Positions 12,969-13,165 of a stretch of DNA of 13,165 nt are shown piece by piece; the stretch's first letter is position 1; the number at the start of each line of letters is the position of its first letter. The notes under the pieces are model-generated. The model had not been told where the DNA came from. It saw only the letters and a list, made by a program, of their open reading frames with translations, and did no database searches. Source of the DNA: an uncultured archaeon (lineage in GTDB: Archaea > Iainarchaeota > Iainarchaeia > Iainarchaeales > CSSED10-239); NCBI GenBank assembly GCA_964468895.1, contig CAYXWT010000011.1, positions 1-13,165 on the forward strand, in the 5' to 3' direction. The position numbers were made by a program, and so were the translations under genes.

Positions 12969-13165
12969 TTTTTATATTTTTTATTATCAACTTTGTTAAA
13001 TAATTGAAAAGGATGTTTAACTTTACAATCATTAATACAAAAACCATTTGATTTAATAGTTTGACAACTAGCTACAGAATATTTCTTATCAAAAATGTTT
13101 TTAATTTGATAGCTAGCAATTTTTTCATCAAAATTAGGTGCTTTTCTATAAATATTAATAATTTC
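12965..13165 (-). CDS. priL: 3' end of a partial gene, probably DNA primase large subunit PriL (Fe-S domain C-terminus)
   Basis: Not in the ORF track. The minus frame reads EIINIYRKAPNFDEKIASYQIKNIFDKKYSVASCQTIKSNGFCINDCKVKHPFQLFNKVDNKKYKK*. The Y..SC..I...G.C...C....P pattern resembles the PriL Fe-S cluster region. Its TGA stop (12965..12967) overlaps the gpmI ATG (ATGA). Confidence 0.5.
   Translation of the reverse strand, partial: EIINIYRKAPNFDEKIASYQIKNIFDKKYSVASCQTIKSNGFCINDCKVKHPFQLFNKVDNKKYKK

Noticed and set aside
1-13165. Search for tRNA, rRNA or other structured RNA, CRISPR repeats, IS elements and defence genes
   Set aside because: No GC-rich islands occur outside coding regions and no regularly spaced direct repeats are present. 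There are no transposase, integrase or Cas-like ORFs. The only mobile element is the intein.

Overview
Very AT-rich, tightly packed archaeal housekeeping DNA. The gene set (aRF1, aIF2-alpha, PriS, GINS, RpoK, eS17, Pelota) is unambiguously archaeal. The extreme AT bias and small genes suggest a DPANN-like reduced genome, but that is inference only. Gene order, minus strand 1..7815: start of an unknown gene, aRF1 release factor interrupted by a large intein, a Gpt-like phosphoribosyltransferase, an orphan 294-aa protein, PAC2-family proteasome chaperone, aIF2-alpha, GINS, primase PriS. Plus strand 7938..10285: two DUF361/class-III-signal-peptide pilin-like proteins, an HExxH polytopic membrane protein, RpoK, ribosomal protein eS17, a secreted Tyr-rich protein. 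Minus strand 10282..13165: Pelota, bacterial-type iPGM (GpmI), and the C-terminal end of a probable PriL. I saw no tRNA, rRNA, CRISPR array or IS element. All three stop codons are used, consistent with the standard code. The main finding is a 507-aa LAGLIDADG intein inserted in frame directly after the catalytic GGQ motif of the release factor aRF1, carrying an embedded XRE-type HTH. Secondary leads: a pilin-pilin-HExxH membrane peptidase cassette, an extra Cys cluster in PriS, a 15-bp perfect inverted repeat upstream of the secreted-protein gene, and a phosphoribosyltransferase with a degenerate PRPP loop. Several ORF-track starts are TTG/GTG extensions; I moved them to ATG codons supported by GGTG Shine-Dalgarno motifs.
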